A stretch of 43,027 nucleotides of DNA from Candidatus Pacearchaeota archaeon (GCA_030699205.1 JAUYJY010000058.1:1-43027), one strand, 5' to 3'. Positions 17,190 to 27,742 are shown, counted from the first letter of the stretch. Notes: generated from the sequence alone by a model not told the origin. Numbers and translations: made by a program.

Positions 17190-19964
17190 TTAAGCTGTAA
17201 CTAAGGTAGCAGCATTTGCTGTTGTTCCTTTCAACTTGGTTCCTACATCCGTAGATACACCTGTTTGTGTTGTCAAGTATTGAGCAGCATTCAATGTGTC
17301 TCCTTGTTCATAACCAGCAACCAATGTAGCTACTTTTGTAGCAGCCCAAGGGTTAGCGAATGTTTCAATAACATATTCGCCAGCACCCGCACCAGTTGCG
17401 GCAGTCCATTGAGGACCACATCCGTTTCCACTAGCACCAACTAAGGTGTATGCAGCAGTGTTCACACAGCTTCCACCAACAACAATCAAGTTCTTGGTTT
17501 CCATTCCAGAACCAATTAAATCACTATCCATGATTTTTACATCACCAAGTGTTGTTGTAGCACCAGTTCCTTCCAAGGAATCAAAGTACAATTCAGCAAC
17601 AACCTGTGTTTCAGGATAACTGATTTCAGCAGTATACTGGTCAGATGTTGATCTGTCTGTTGTAACTAATGTACCCCATAGGTCCATCATATCATACAAA
17701 TCTTCATCGCTGTCTCTCTGGAATCCACTTGCTCCATATGTAGAGCCATCAACCATATCAGCATCCTTGTTCCAAGAAAAGTCCACGTCACTAACACCAA
17801 TACCATTATTTGAATCTCCGTTTCCAGAGAATTCAACAACAACTGCCTCATAGACATTGTTCTCATCTTGTTCTTCAAACAAAACAATTGCAGGTCCTGT
17901 AATTGGATTTGCATTCCCGCTAACAGTATCGTTAAGCTGGATTATTACAGTATTATTTGAAGATTTGCCAGTAGTATACGGACTTCCAGCAGCAGTTCCA
18001 ACTACAGTAGTTGAATAAACTCCAAAAGTAAGCTGACCAACTGCAAAAGTAAAGTTTTCTAATCCTGCGCCTGCAGTTACGTTAAAGGTTCTGTGGTTTA
18101 CAATTGTTGCTGATCCTAAATCAGCAGCTGTAAGCGAAAAGTTCCATACACCATCTTCTATTCCTGCAAGAGCTCCACCACTTCCATTAGGTGCTGCAAA
18201 TATCTCTGTGTATCCATCACCATCTGGGATCTTAAACGAACTTACATTAACGCCTCCTTCGCCCTTCCAATTACCTAAATCAATCGTTAAAGGCTCATAA
18301 AACATTAAGTTCGCACCCTTGTTTGTTTCAATAGTTGGATAAAGAACCATGGCATTTCCAGTGCTATGTGCCTTATTATCAAGCTGCACATATTGGTCAT
18401 TGTCTACGTTGTCAGATTTATCATATCTGTAAGTGACATCATATTCAATTCCTGCAATGGTTATTGTTCCTGTTCCTTCACTTGTAATTTGTGCCTCCCA
18501 TGTTTGAGTTGTATCAAAAGCATTTTGGAATACCACCTTATCACTTGTGTAGATAGGAGTTCCAGAACTATTTGTCAATTGGCTTAATTTTACCAACAAT
18601 CCTGTTTCTTCATTACCAACAACTGAGTAAGCAGAAGAGTTAATCTTTGCCATTTCACTAGTAAAGATTTGCCAGTCAGAACTATCTCCTAAGAATCTCT
18701 TACCCCAAGCACTAGATTCGTTGTTAATAAATTGGAAGTTATTCAAAGAATTTCCTTGCCAATTAGTGAATCCAATGTTCATCTTGTCGTTTCCAGAAAC
18801 ACCAAGAGAAATAGTTTCTCTGTTTTCAGTATCATCTGTCTCAATGCTCAATCCTGTTAATGCAAGCCTAAAGCTTCCAAATACAGGGTCTACAAAAGCT
18901 CCACCAGACCGAATAGCATCAGAATCTCCATCGGGAGCGAACGCTTGAATAGTTAGTGTAGTAAGATTTCCAGGGTTTTGTCCTAGAACATAATCAACAT
19001 TTGTTCCATCAATAGACACAGCATCTGTTCCTTGTGATACAGTCGAAGCATCTGTCAAAGTCAATCTATTAGCACCAACAAGAATTTGTGCTCCAACGCT
19101 TGCAAGTGCAGTAGTCTCATGTGCAGTATCTACGGCAACTTCCAATCCTTGGATTTTCTTTGATTGTGCTTCATTAACTTTCTTACTATCTGAATTTCCA
19201 GAAGAATCTGTAACCCTAATGGTTGCAGAAGTATCTGTTGCAGATGTAAGCTCAACAGTATATGTTTCTCCGTCAATCACGACAACCTCTGAAGGGTTAT
19301 CGGAACCACCTCCGATACTTAAATCAAGAGTCATAGCAGACTTAAACAGAACTAAGTCAGTTCCATCTGTCGCAGCAGAAACTACAAAGTCTTGTCCAAA
19401 CAAATTGATTGTTTCTCCTTCAGAATCTGTATGATTCAACATAACAATTTTATTGAATGTTATTGTAGAATTGTACAGGTAACTTCCAGAAGAAGATGAG
19501 AATGTGACTCCAACAGTTGGATCATCATTTGAAGTAGGTATAGAACCAAAAACAACTCTTGGATTTGATCCAGGAACAATTTTGAATTCTACGTTTGCTT
19601 CAACATCTCCGGAAAAACTTGTATCTGTTAATACTGCAGGCAAGTTTGATTCAGTTACAGTAGTTCTAACTGAATTAATGCTTGCGTTTAATTGCAAAGG
19701 TGTTGAACTTGTGAACAAAGGATAAGCGTCACTGCTAACAGTTGTAGCAGTAGCTCCCGCAGATGCAAGAGCAGCACTCAAATCACTTGTAATGCTTGTA
19801 ACAGCACTCAAATCCAAGTTTTCACCATAAACAATAGCTACATTAGATGCACCATTCTGAACGAACGGAGCAGGATAACTAGCAGCAGCAGCAAGTGCGA
19901 TTGTAGAACCCACCATAGCTGTAGAAGCCAAAGCAGATGCAATCTTTCTAAAATTAAATTTCAT
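17190..19964 (-). CDS. Major S-layer protein (Methanococcus-type N/C domains)
   Basis: MKFNFRKIASALASTAMVG...YPAPFV N-terminus; NLIVVGGSCVN C-terminal motif; many sequons; strong SD AGGAGG. Confidence 0.88.
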   Translation of the reverse strand: MKFNFRKIASALASTAMVGSTIALAAAASYPAPFVQNGASNVAIVYGENLDLSAVTSITSDLSAALASAGATATTVSSDAYPLFTSSTPLQLNASINSVRTTVTESNLPAVLTDTSFSGDVEANVEFKIVPGSNPRVVFGSIPTSNDDPTVGVTFSSSSGSYLYNSTITFNKIVMLNHTDSEGETINLFGQDFVVSAATDGTDLVLFKSAMTLDLSIGGGSDNPSEVVVIDGETYTVELTSATDTSATIRVTDSSGNSDSKKVNEAQSKKIQGLEVAVDTAHETTALASVGAQILVGANRLTLTDASTVSQGTDAVSIDGTNVDYVLGQNPGNLTTLTIQAFAPDGDSDAIRSGGAFVDPVFGSFRLALTGLSIETDDTENRETISLGVSGNDKMNIGFTNWQGNSLNNFQFINNESSAWGKRFLGDSSDWQIFTSEMAKINSSAYSVVGNEETGLLVKLSQLTNSSGTPIYTSDKVVFQNAFDTTQTWEAQITSEGTGTITIAGIEYDVTYRYDKSDNVDNDQYVQLDNKAHSTGNAMVLYPTIETNKGANLMFYEPLTIDLGNWKGEGGVNVSSFKIPDGDGYTEIFAAPNGSGGALAGIEDGVWNFSLTAADLGSATIVNHRTFNVTAGAGLENFTFAVGQLTFGVYSTTVVGTAAGSPYTTGKSSNNTVIIQLNDTVSGNANPITGPAIVLFEEQDENNVYEAVVVEFSGNGDSNNGIGVSDVDFSWNKDADMVDGSTYGASGFQRDSDEDLYDMMDLWGTLVTTDRSTSDQYTAEISYPETQVVAELYFDSLEGTGATTTLGDVKIMDSDLIGSGMETKNLIVVGGSCVNTAAYTLVGASGNGCGPQWTAATGAGAGEYVIETFANPWAATKVATLVAGYEQGDTLNAAQYLTTQTGVSTDVGTKLKGTTANAATLVTA

Positions 19965-20150
19965 TAAATTTTAACCTCCTTTCAGCTTTTTCCCCTTTTT
20001 CAAGAGAGTGGCAACTCCGCAGAGTTCCTCTTAAAGGAGACTGCTCTTTAATTTGCAGTCCGCCAATAGAGACATTTAATAGCCGTACATTAAAGCTAGC
20101 TTTTTGTCCCATCTTTATTAATTCCCTATTTCTAGAGTATATAATTAACT
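19965..20150 (-). promoter_or_regulatory. S-layer promoter and structured 5' leader
   Basis: SD aggaggt 19974-19980; TATA-like ttatata near 20138-20144; stems aactc/gagtt and gactgc/gcagtc. Confidence 0.5.
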
Positions 20151-20388
20151 AAAATTTTGTTTAAAAAGCTTTCCATCCCAAGTTGTCTTTCCGAGTGATA
20201 ATTGTATGTAAATCCAGATTTCACTTATAAACCTTTGGGTATTACTAAATAATGAACTAAGCAACTTAAAAGAATAAAAAATTGATTATATGTCTATATA
20301 TGGCTTATGGAGTAATATATTGTAAATAAAAACATATAAATACTTAATATTCTTCGGAGATATGATAAAACTATCCCATATATACTAA

Positions 20389-20748
20389 ATGGCAAAGAAA
20401 ACAAAGACAAGACAGATAATTCTTAAGCAAGAATCAGGAACATTTACTACCCTCTTCAAAAAGTTCTCCGGAGAGAAAAAAAACTATGATTTTCAAGGAC
20501 TTGCCTCTCTAAGAAACCTGCTTTCAAATGAAAAAGCAAGAACATTAGATTTCATAAAAAATAAAAATCCCAAATCAATATATGATTTATCAAGAAAACT
20601 CAAAAGAGATTTTAAATCTGTAAATGATGATGTTAAATTATTGGAAAAATTTGGATTCATAGATTTAATTCAGGAAAAAACAGGGAAAAGAAATAGGTTA
20701 AGACCCGTGATTATCATAGATTCTATAAACATAGAAATTAACATTTAA
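20389..20748 (+). CDS. HTH transcriptional regulator (HVO_A0114-like)
   Basis: PKSIYDLSRKLKRDFKSVNDDVKLLEKFGFI. Confidence 0.8.
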   Translation: MAKKTKTRQIILKQESGTFTTLFKKFSGEKKNYDFQGLASLRNLLSNEKARTLDFIKNKNPKSIYDLSRKLKRDFKSVNDDVKLLEKFGFIDLIQEKTGKRNRLRPVIIIDSINIEINI

Positions 20749-21272
20749 TAACATAACTTCAATGTCGTGGTAATACTCCCAGGAAATTCAGGAGTCCAAT
20801 AAGAATTTCCAAAAACACTCCCTTCGCAAGAACCTCCCATAATCTCCAAAATTTCCTCTCTCTGTCCTGCCTGATTTGAATTATTATGGCTATAAACTAT
20901 CCCTAATTCATACCCCTTAATCTGAAAATCTTCTCCATATTTCCAAGAAGCCTCTAAAATATTTGTAAATGTTTCATTCAAGACATTGCAAGTCTTTTCT
21001 TCATTAACGCATTCATTATTTGATGAATAACATTCACTTATCAATTCATCTAACTTCAATAAACTTCTTCCCTCGCTTAACGCACATTCGGTGGTTTGCT
21101 CCATAGAACTCTCTAAAAACTGATAAACTTCCTGACTCTCTCTCTGGCTGTCTCCTCCCTTTCTTAATGAAATCCCCAAGAAAACCATTATTACCACCAT
21201 AACTAATACAATTATCAAAACAAATCCCACTATTTCTTCCTGCCCTCTCTTTCTCACTTTATCTTTCTCCAT
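20745..21272 (-). CDS. Prepilin-like protein (class III signal peptide)
   Basis: RKRG|QEEIVGFVLIIVLVMVV; Cys-containing globular domain. Confidence 0.75.
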   Translation of the reverse strand: MEKDKVRKRGQEEIVGFVLIIVLVMVVIMVFLGISLRKGGDSQRESQEVYQFLESSMEQTTECALSEGRSLLKLDELISECYSSNNECVNEEKTCNVLNETFTNILEASWKYGEDFQIKGYELGIVYSHNNSNQAGQREEILEIMGGSCEGSVFGNSYWTPEFPGSITTTLKLCY

Positions 21273-21315
21273 TTATTTTTAATTCCAAATATTCTTATCA
21301 TCTTTTTGTTTATTT

Positions 21316-21837
21316 TCATTCAACACTTTCAAACCCCATTACAATCTTTCCTAACTCACATTCATCCTGTTCAATCCCTGAATTATATCTGCATAAAGAA
21401 ACAAAAGCCTCATAAGATTCATAATTCTCTTTTTTAGTCAATGTAATTTGATTGCATCTTGGATAACTTTGTGGCGTGCATTCTTCAGTGCTATATAATG
21501 GATAAACTCTTATTATTTGCAATAAACTCACATCCTTCCAGAAATTTTGATATGAATTCCTATTTTTCAATAAAAATGCCTTATCCAAATCAACACACCC
21601 CGCACAATCTCCAAAATTTCCCCAAAGAAATTCCGGACTCCCTGAAATTTTCCTCACAGATTCTATAACTTCCTGTTTTCTAAAATCTGAAGCTTCTTCT
21701 TTTATTGAAGAAAACTTAATAGAGGTATAAAATATAGCAACAATTACAAAAAATATAATCGTAGCCACTAAAACAAAAGCCATTTGCTGTATTTTTACCT
21801 GCCCTTTAGAATACGCCACATTTCGTAATTTTGTCAT
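21316..21837 (-). CDS. Prepilin-like protein (class III signal peptide)
   Basis: SKG|QVKIQQMAFVLVATIIFF; 6 Cys. Confidence 0.72.
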   Translation of the reverse strand: MTKLRNVAYSKGQVKIQQMAFVLVATIIFFVIVAIFYTSIKFSSIKEEASDFRKQEVIESVRKISGSPEFLWGNFGDCAGCVDLDKAFLLKNRNSYQNFWKDVSLLQIIRVYPLYSTEECTPQSYPRCNQITLTKKENYESYEAFVSLCRYNSGIEQDECELGKIVMGFESVE

Positions 21838-22741
21838 TTTTATCCTTTAAAATATCTGAGTTTCCTTCAATTCTCTGGAGTTCATTAGAACTCTCAATTA
21901 AAACAGCAGACGCAAAACTTCTCAAATCCTGCTCTAAACTATTTGAACATCCGCTATCTTCTAAAAATTTTGCCTTTTCTGCATAAACATAAGAAAGTTC
22001 ACTTGCCCTTTTCATCAGTCTTTTTATCTGACATTCATATATCTCTGGCTCTGAAAAAATTGCACCATATATCAATGAATCAGTATAATGCAAATCGCTT
22101 CCTTGCTTTGAAATAATTTTTGCGTTAGAATTCACATTAATATCACATCCAATTAAATCAAAACAAACTTTTACACTTTCATCAGGGCAAGAAGAAACTC
22201 TACTACTAATATTTATTCCGATGTTTCCCCCTGCAGATAAGTCCTCAATTTCCTCTTCTATATCTCTTGGAGGGTTAATAAAACAATAGTCTTTAGAATA
22301 CATGAAAATTGCATCTCCGACTTTAAAAGGCATTTCAAATGGTTTTACTATGACATTCATTTCTTTTCCTTCTTCAAAATTTTCAGAAAAAACATATTTA
22401 TTAAATGAGCTTTTTGGATTGCTTTGCGTTCCCCATTCATCTCCCACTCCAATTTTAGAGGCGGTGCTTATCTCCTGCCTCCCAAAATTTCCATTTTCAA
22501 AACAATCATTAAAGACCCTCGTTTCTTGCACAAATCTTATTTTTACATACTTACTGTCTTCCAGATTTGTTTCAATCGGATTTAATAAGTTGCTTAATTC
22601 TGCAGAAACAAATGTGTCTGAAACCTTTCTATTTGTGTCTACAAATTTTGTTGCAATAAAAATTGCAAGAAATAAAATTACTGCTCCGACAAGTATAGCA
22701 AACAACCAATTAAACCCAAATTCTAATCCTCTTTTTTTCAT
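21806..22741 (-). CDS. Prepilin-like protein (class III signal peptide)
   Basis: MKKRG|LEFGFNWLFAILVGAVILF; Cys pairs. Confidence 0.75.
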   Translation of the reverse strand: MKKRGLEFGFNWLFAILVGAVILFLAIFIATKFVDTNRKVSDTFVSAELSNLLNPIETNLEDSKYVKIRFVQETRVFNDCFENGNFGRQEISTASKIGVGDEWGTQSNPKSSFNKYVFSENFEEGKEMNVIVKPFEMPFKVGDAIFMYSKDYCFINPPRDIEEEIEDLSAGGNIGINISSRVSSCPDESVKVCFDLIGCDINVNSNAKIISKQGSDLHYTDSLIYGAIFSEPEIYECQIKRLMKRASELSYVYAEKAKFLEDSGCSNSLEQDLRSFASAVLIESSNELQRIEGNSDILKDKNDKITKCGVF

Positions 22742-23250
22742 TAAGGCCTCTTTATCCTCACTGAAGAATCAAAATCTCCTTTCTCAAGCCTGACCTCAAT
22801 TTTTCCGCTTTTAACTTCAAAACATTCAAAGTCACTTCCCAATCCCGTCAAACTAATTCTATCAACTTCAGAAAATGCAAAATCTCCCGCAAACTTCATT
22901 GGATAAATAAATCTGTTTGTGTTTTCTTTTTCAAAATTAGAGCTGAACTCCTTAAATTCATCATACTCTTCCTTGTATTGCAATTCATAAGTAGAACCTT
23001 TTAAGTCCCCAAAACAAACTAATTCAATATTTCCCGGAAGATTAAAAGAAAAAACTTTGTTAGTTATAGCACTTCCCCAAATTTCATCAATCGTTTCCTG
23101 AAATTCCTGATGAAAAAGCACAACCTCAGTATCGCTTCCCAATCCAATGAAAGAAATAATTATATAACTCGCAACTCCCACAATAGCGATTATCATAATT
23201 ATGGAAAAAATCATTCCAAACGACAAAGACAGCACACCTCTTTTATTCAT
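22741..23250 (-). CDS. Prepilin-like protein (class III signal peptide)
   Basis: MNKRG|VLSLSFGMIFSIIMIIAIV; stop/start overlap with the next gene. Confidence 0.75.
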   Translation of the reverse strand: MNKRGVLSLSFGMIFSIIMIIAIVGVASYIIISFIGLGSDTEVVLFHQEFQETIDEIWGSAITNKVFSFNLPGNIELVCFGDLKGSTYELQYKEEYDEFKEFSSNFEKENTNRFIYPMKFAGDFAFSEVDRISLTGLGSDFECFEVKSGKIEVRLEKGDFDSSVRIKRP

Positions 23251-23285
23251 ATTCCAGAGAGCAAAAACAAGTTTAAATGCTTTTC

Positions 23286-24359
23286 TTAATCTTTTCCAGA
23301 TTCAGTCAGCTCTTTTCTAAGGTTTTCTTTAAAATCTTTTAAATCCTCTTTTCTAATCCTAAAACCTGCGGCGGCATTATGTCCTCCCGCGACAGAATCT
23401 TTCAGACCCTTAATGGCGTTTTTGCATATTTTATTGACGTCTCTTTTCCCAAGATGGTCCCTTATTGACCCCTTAAAAAATTCATCCCCCGAGTCCCTCA
23501 AGATAACATAAGTGTTATCCACATCATCAACAGATAATTTAGTGCAAACAGCAGAATTGATGTCAAACCTTGGTTCTAAAATTCCAATATAAACTTTAGC
23601 ATCTCTATAGTATTCTGCATTTTTCTTATATTCTTCAATACACCTATCAAATTCCTCTGAAACAATCTTATTTTTTTCTTCAATCTCTTTGAGATTTTTA
23701 TTCTTTATAATTTCATAAGCTTTAATCTGATTATCCTTATAGTAATTAATCAAAGAGCTCAATTTAATCATAAGCACCCCGCTTTCAAATTCCCCGACTT
23801 TATTTATATTGTCTTCTGTAATGTCTTTATTCCTTTCCTTTAAAAAATCAAAATGTTCTTTCTTGTTAAAAGCAAATTCATGAATCATCGCAGGGTCAAT
23901 CAGCCAGTCAATATCTTTCTTGTCAAATAAATCTCTTCCAAGATAGTAAATCAGCCAAGAGGTACAATCCGCACTCTCCGCCTTAATTATTTTATCAGAC
24001 CAGTTAAAATCTTCTGCACTTGGATGGTGATCAACAAACAAAAAATTAATTTTCTCAATCCTTTTAACTAAATCAGAATCCAGGCTATCAAGATTTATAT
24101 CTAAAACAATTATCTTATTTATTCTCCCCGATTCTGCGGCTTTCTCAATTCTCCTAATTTCTTCCATTGTGTAAGGGATAAAGTTAATTATTTCAGGAAT
24201 AATATTTTTCTGCCTTAAAATTTCAGAAACAAAAATAGCGGAAACCATCCCATCTAAACAATTTGAATGGGCAAAAATTCCAACTTTATCATCCTTATTT
24301 AAAGAGTTAAAGAAGCTCTCAATTTTCTCCTTAGATTTAACATAAAAACTTTCTTCCAT
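23286..24359 (-). CDS. DHH/DHHA1 phosphoesterase (RecJ-like)
   Basis: HSNCLDG, IIVLDI, VDHHP, C-terminal GGHNAAAG. Confidence 0.88.
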   Translation of the reverse strand: MEESFYVKSKEKIESFFNSLNKDDKVGIFAHSNCLDGMVSAIFVSEILRQKNIIPEIINFIPYTMEEIRRIEKAAESGRINKIIVLDINLDSLDSDLVKRIEKINFLFVDHHPSAEDFNWSDKIIKAESADCTSWLIYYLGRDLFDKKDIDWLIDPAMIHEFAFNKKEHFDFLKERNKDITEDNINKVGEFESGVLMIKLSSLINYYKDNQIKAYEIIKNKNLKEIEEKNKIVSEEFDRCIEEYKKNAEYYRDAKVYIGILEPRFDINSAVCTKLSVDDVDNTYVILRDSGDEFFKGSIRDHLGKRDVNKICKNAIKGLKDSVAGGHNAAAGFRIRKEDLKDFKENLRKELTESGKD

Positions 24360-24395
24360 TAAAAACCTATAAAAATCACCTAATTAAAAACTTTC

Positions 24396-26492
24396 CTATA
24401 CAATATTAGTCGCCGAAGCAGTTAAACTGCATTGGTTTGGTGCAGGTTGATTTCCAAACTCGTCAGCACATTTTATATAATAAACAATATTGGGTTTCCA
24501 TTCAGCATAACTTGTTGTTTTTTCAGTCGCGGGATTATGTATCATCTTTATTCCCTCGTCAATATTAAAGTTACAGCTGTTTAATGAATAAGTGCATTCG
24601 GCAGGCTCATTCGTAACTATCTTTAAAGTATCCAAAAAATGATATGCCCTTGCAACCATTGGTTCTGTAACATCTACAAATACATTAAAGCTCGTGGAAT
24701 CTTCCGCACTATTCCCTCCCGCATCTATACATCTAAAGAAATAGTTATAATCTCCTGAGATTAATGTTAAAACTTGCCGATGTTCAAATCCCCCCGAATC
24801 AAACATCGCAACATAACTCCCTTCTTCTCCAGAATCAGAAAAATAACAAACTGCTTCTCCTTCCTTTGCCCCGTCATCCGTCTTCACATATAATTCAATT
24901 TCAACAACTTCTGTGCTTCCAGTTATTGTTTCATTAGGAGCAACGGAAAGAATGCTCAATGGTTGACTTCCAAGCAAATTGAGATTATAACTTCCCACAT
25001 TAACATTTCTCTCATTATCTGGCTTTTTAGGCTGGTCCTTGCATCTAAAATAATAATTATTCTCTTGTCTGTCAACTATTCCAGTGAGAGTAGTAGAACA
25101 AGTATAAAGCTCTCTTGCATTTATTTCAGTTAATTTTGTTGCACATTGCATTTCTTGTTCCATTTCCTCATACGCCTTGTCTTGAACACTCCATTTACAT
25201 TCCGAAGGTTCATTTACATAAATTTCCATCGGGGTTTCCCCTGAATTATATGAAATATAACTTCCCGATTTAATGGAAGTATCAACAATTATCGGCGGAG
25301 TTGTATCCGGACTTGGGTCCACACAAAATTGGAAGTCAAACTCTCCCACATTCTCATTCCCATTTTTATCCCTGCATCTAACAAATAGATTATATCTCCC
25401 ATCATTCTGTAATTCAGGAGCTTCTGAATTTATCGCATCAGGCGACGGCAAACTCATTACCTGTGTATGATTATATAAATAAAAGTTGCTTTTTCCAAAG
25501 AAGAAACTCATTTCATCCAATGTATCTTTATGAACTATATCTATTTTACATTGTGCTGGTTCATTAGTGGTTATTCCAAAGCTTAATGGTGTAAACGCCT
25601 GCAAACACCCGTTACTCACATCTTCCCTAACAATTTTAGCTCCCAAACTTGGAGGCCTCGTATCATGATTAGTGTATTTATGCTTTTCCGTTAATGGCTC
25701 CTGCCAAGGTGTTATAGTCGGAGGACTTGCATCATTTGGATTCACCCAAGCACATTTTTCTTCAGTAGTTCCGGAATTTACAATCTCACATGCTTGCCCT
25801 AAAGCCCTGCACCTATATTCAGAGCAAGGCCTAAATGGGTCTGCGTTGCATTTCTCACAATCCCCTCCGCCGACAGGAGCTTCAAAAGGAAGACATTGAA
25901 AATCAACCCTGACTTCCTTTTCAGATTTATATAATAAAATAAATACAACAACACCGACCGTAATTCCGATAATTGGTCCTGCAACTCCCTGAGTCAATCC
26001 ATCAATCCCAAATAATGTATCTTTAGCAGCACTACCAATCAAATTAGAAGAAAAAAATCCCGCAAAAGTTCCAACACCCGCCGCAGTGCTTAAAGCATCA
26101 GCCACATTTTTATCAACCCCAAATAAAGTCGTCAATAACTTAACCCCCATATACACAGAAAGCCCCCAAACAGCCCCCTGCATCAACGCACTCGGAATTT
26201 TCCCCGGCGTCGCACCAAACGCTTCTCCAGAATATAACTTCCCGAAGAAACCTGATTCTGTTGGGTTTGGAGTTGTTCCTGCCTCTCTTCCAGCCTGCCA
26301 AGCTTTATCCCTTCCGAGTAATTTATCGAATAAACTCCAAGTAGGTTCTCCTCCTTCTTCCTGCCCGCTAACCCTCTGCGTTTCCCCAATCAAAAACGCA
26401 AACGAAACAACAGAAAAAACTATAAGAAATATTTGCGTAAAAACCAACGTCGTCCCAACTTTATACGGGGGAAACTTTCCTCTCTTTTGCAT
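24396..26492 (-). CDS. Large exported Cys-rich protein with Gly-rich hydrophobic segment and Ig-like repeats; paralog of the C-half of 33463-37464
   Basis: MQKRGK leader; hydrophobic helices about aa 100-190; CLPFEAPVGGGDCEKC; repeated TNEPAxC / RCxD motifs. Confidence 0.85.
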   Translation of the reverse strand: MQKRGKFPPYKVGTTLVFTQIFLIVFSVVSFAFLIGETQRVSGQEEGGEPTWSLFDKLLGRDKAWQAGREAGTTPNPTESGFFGKLYSGEAFGATPGKIPSALMQGAVWGLSVYMGVKLLTTLFGVDKNVADALSTAAGVGTFAGFFSSNLIGSAAKDTLFGIDGLTQGVAGPIIGITVGVVVFILLYKSEKEVRVDFQCLPFEAPVGGGDCEKCNADPFRPCSEYRCRALGQACEIVNSGTTEEKCAWVNPNDASPPTITPWQEPLTEKHKYTNHDTRPPSLGAKIVREDVSNGCLQAFTPLSFGITTNEPAQCKIDIVHKDTLDEMSFFFGKSNFYLYNHTQVMSLPSPDAINSEAPELQNDGRYNLFVRCRDKNGNENVGEFDFQFCVDPSPDTTPPIIVDTSIKSGSYISYNSGETPMEIYVNEPSECKWSVQDKAYEEMEQEMQCATKLTEINARELYTCSTTLTGIVDRQENNYYFRCKDQPKKPDNERNVNVGSYNLNLLGSQPLSILSVAPNETITGSTEVVEIELYVKTDDGAKEGEAVCYFSDSGEEGSYVAMFDSGGFEHRQVLTLISGDYNYFFRCIDAGGNSAEDSTSFNVFVDVTEPMVARAYHFLDTLKIVTNEPAECTYSLNSCNFNIDEGIKMIHNPATEKTTSYAEWKPNIVYYIKCADEFGNQPAPNQCSLTASATNIV

Positions 26493-26545
26493 ATAAAAGA
26501 TAACAACTTATTGTTTATAAATATTAGTAGATTGCTTTCAAAATT

Positions 26546-26683
26546 TCAATTGTCTTTCCCAGAAACAACTTCAAAATTTAACCTTGCTAATCTCCTTCTA
26601 TTACTTGTCCAGCTTGCAGTATATTTTCCAATGGATAACTTTATACCACTATTTTGATTATACACTCCTCCAACTCCCCTTGA
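26546..26683 (-). pseudogene. Orphan 3' fragment related to the 156-aa gene at 30222-30692
   Basis: 45 open codons with no ATG (GVGGVYNQNSGIKLSIG...KDN*); 26646-26662 matches 30406-30422 at 16/17 nt (YxQNSG). Confidence 0.45.
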
Positions 26684-26692
26684 TTATTCCAC

Positions 26693-27031
26693 TTAATTTA
26701 AAATTTTCCCAATATTCATCTTTAATTCAGGTATATTTTCTTCTACAACTTTCCAAATAGTTTCTAAGTTAACACCAAAATAGTGATGCATCAGTTTATC
26801 TCTCATTCCCGCGATTTTAATCCATTCAATATGGGGATATCTTCTTCTAAAATTATCTGGGATATTCTTCACAGCCTCGCCAATCACTTCAATACTTCTT
26901 ATTAATGCATTTTGCAATTTTTTATCTTTTAAAAAGTCAGATTTAGCGATGCCCTTTGTAAATTCTTCAATATCTTTTATGGAATCGATTATGTGCCTTA
27001 AAAATATCAAAGAATCTTTCTTTTCATTCAT
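26693..27031 (-). CDS. HEPN / DUF86 (HepT-like) ribonuclease toxin
   Basis: IEVIGEAVK and Rx4H motif GMRDKLMHHY. Confidence 0.9.
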   Translation of the reverse strand: MNEKKDSLIFLRHIIDSIKDIEEFTKGIAKSDFLKDKKLQNALIRSIEVIGEAVKNIPDNFRRRYPHIEWIKIAGMRDKLMHHYFGVNLETIWKVVEENIPELKMNIGKILN

Positions 27032-27309
27032 AAAATATTGACCTCTTCACTTAATATTCTTTTTTTAAGCAGATAATTAATCCCCCCATAAGTAAGCAAA
27101 TCCACTTTTTTCTTCAGCACTTTCTTAATTTCCATTTCCATTTCAACTAAATCAAGCAAACTTCCATCAAAGTCAATCAAAATATCCACATCACTATTTT
27201 TTTTCTGCTCCCCTCTTGCGTAACTACCAAAAATTCCTGCTTTTTTTACCCCATACTTCTTCAAAACAGAAATTATTTTTCCCTTAATTTTATTAATTTC
27301 TTTATTCAT
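27028..27309 (-). CDS. Minimal nucleotidyltransferase (MntA-like) antitoxin
   Basis: FGSYARGEQKKNSDVDIL, KKVDL; ATGA overlap with the HEPN gene. Confidence 0.92.
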   Translation of the reverse strand: MNKEINKIKGKIISVLKKYGVKKAGIFGSYARGEQKKNSDVDILIDFDGSLLDLVEMEMEIKKVLKKKVDLLTYGGINYLLKKRILSEEVNIL

Positions 27310-27339
27310 AAAAATAAGTATCTTAATTGATATATAAAA

Positions 27340-27410
27340 TTATCCAATCAAAAAAAACTAAACACAGAAAAAACTATCAAGAATATTTGCCCAAAGACTA
27401 AATTATTAAT
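27340..27410 (-). repeat. Degenerate copy 3 of the 698-aa gene signal-peptide segment
   Basis: Reads NLVFGQIFLIVFSV... with an indel and ends ttgattggataa. Confidence 0.75.
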
Positions 27411-27623
27411 TTATACAGTATCTCCGATGAGTTTTCTTAAGGGAACTTTGAATAATCAACCTTTCCTTCAAAGTTCTCTTAACTCTAAGATTTATCTTAT
27501 AAATCTTACAATTATCCTGCAAAATCAGAGAGAGGATAATTATTTCTCGAGTAAATATTATCTAAAACCAGATGTCTGGTCTATGAGATAATTATTAAAA
27601 TAGTTTCTTTTGCAATTTAATTC

Positions 27624-27716
27624 TATAGTCTAAGACATTTATAATTGAAAGGTATTTGTCTTAGACTATTAGCAGAAGAACAAAAAACTGTTCAAAATAT
27701 TTTGTCTTCTGCTATA
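27624..27716 (+). mobile_element. 93-bp TA-flanked twin-hairpin element
   Basis: Consensus with loop-1 change ttgaaaggt and stem-2 change tagcag. Confidence 0.88.
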
Positions 27717-27742
27717 TCTGAAATACCATCATAACAGAAAGA

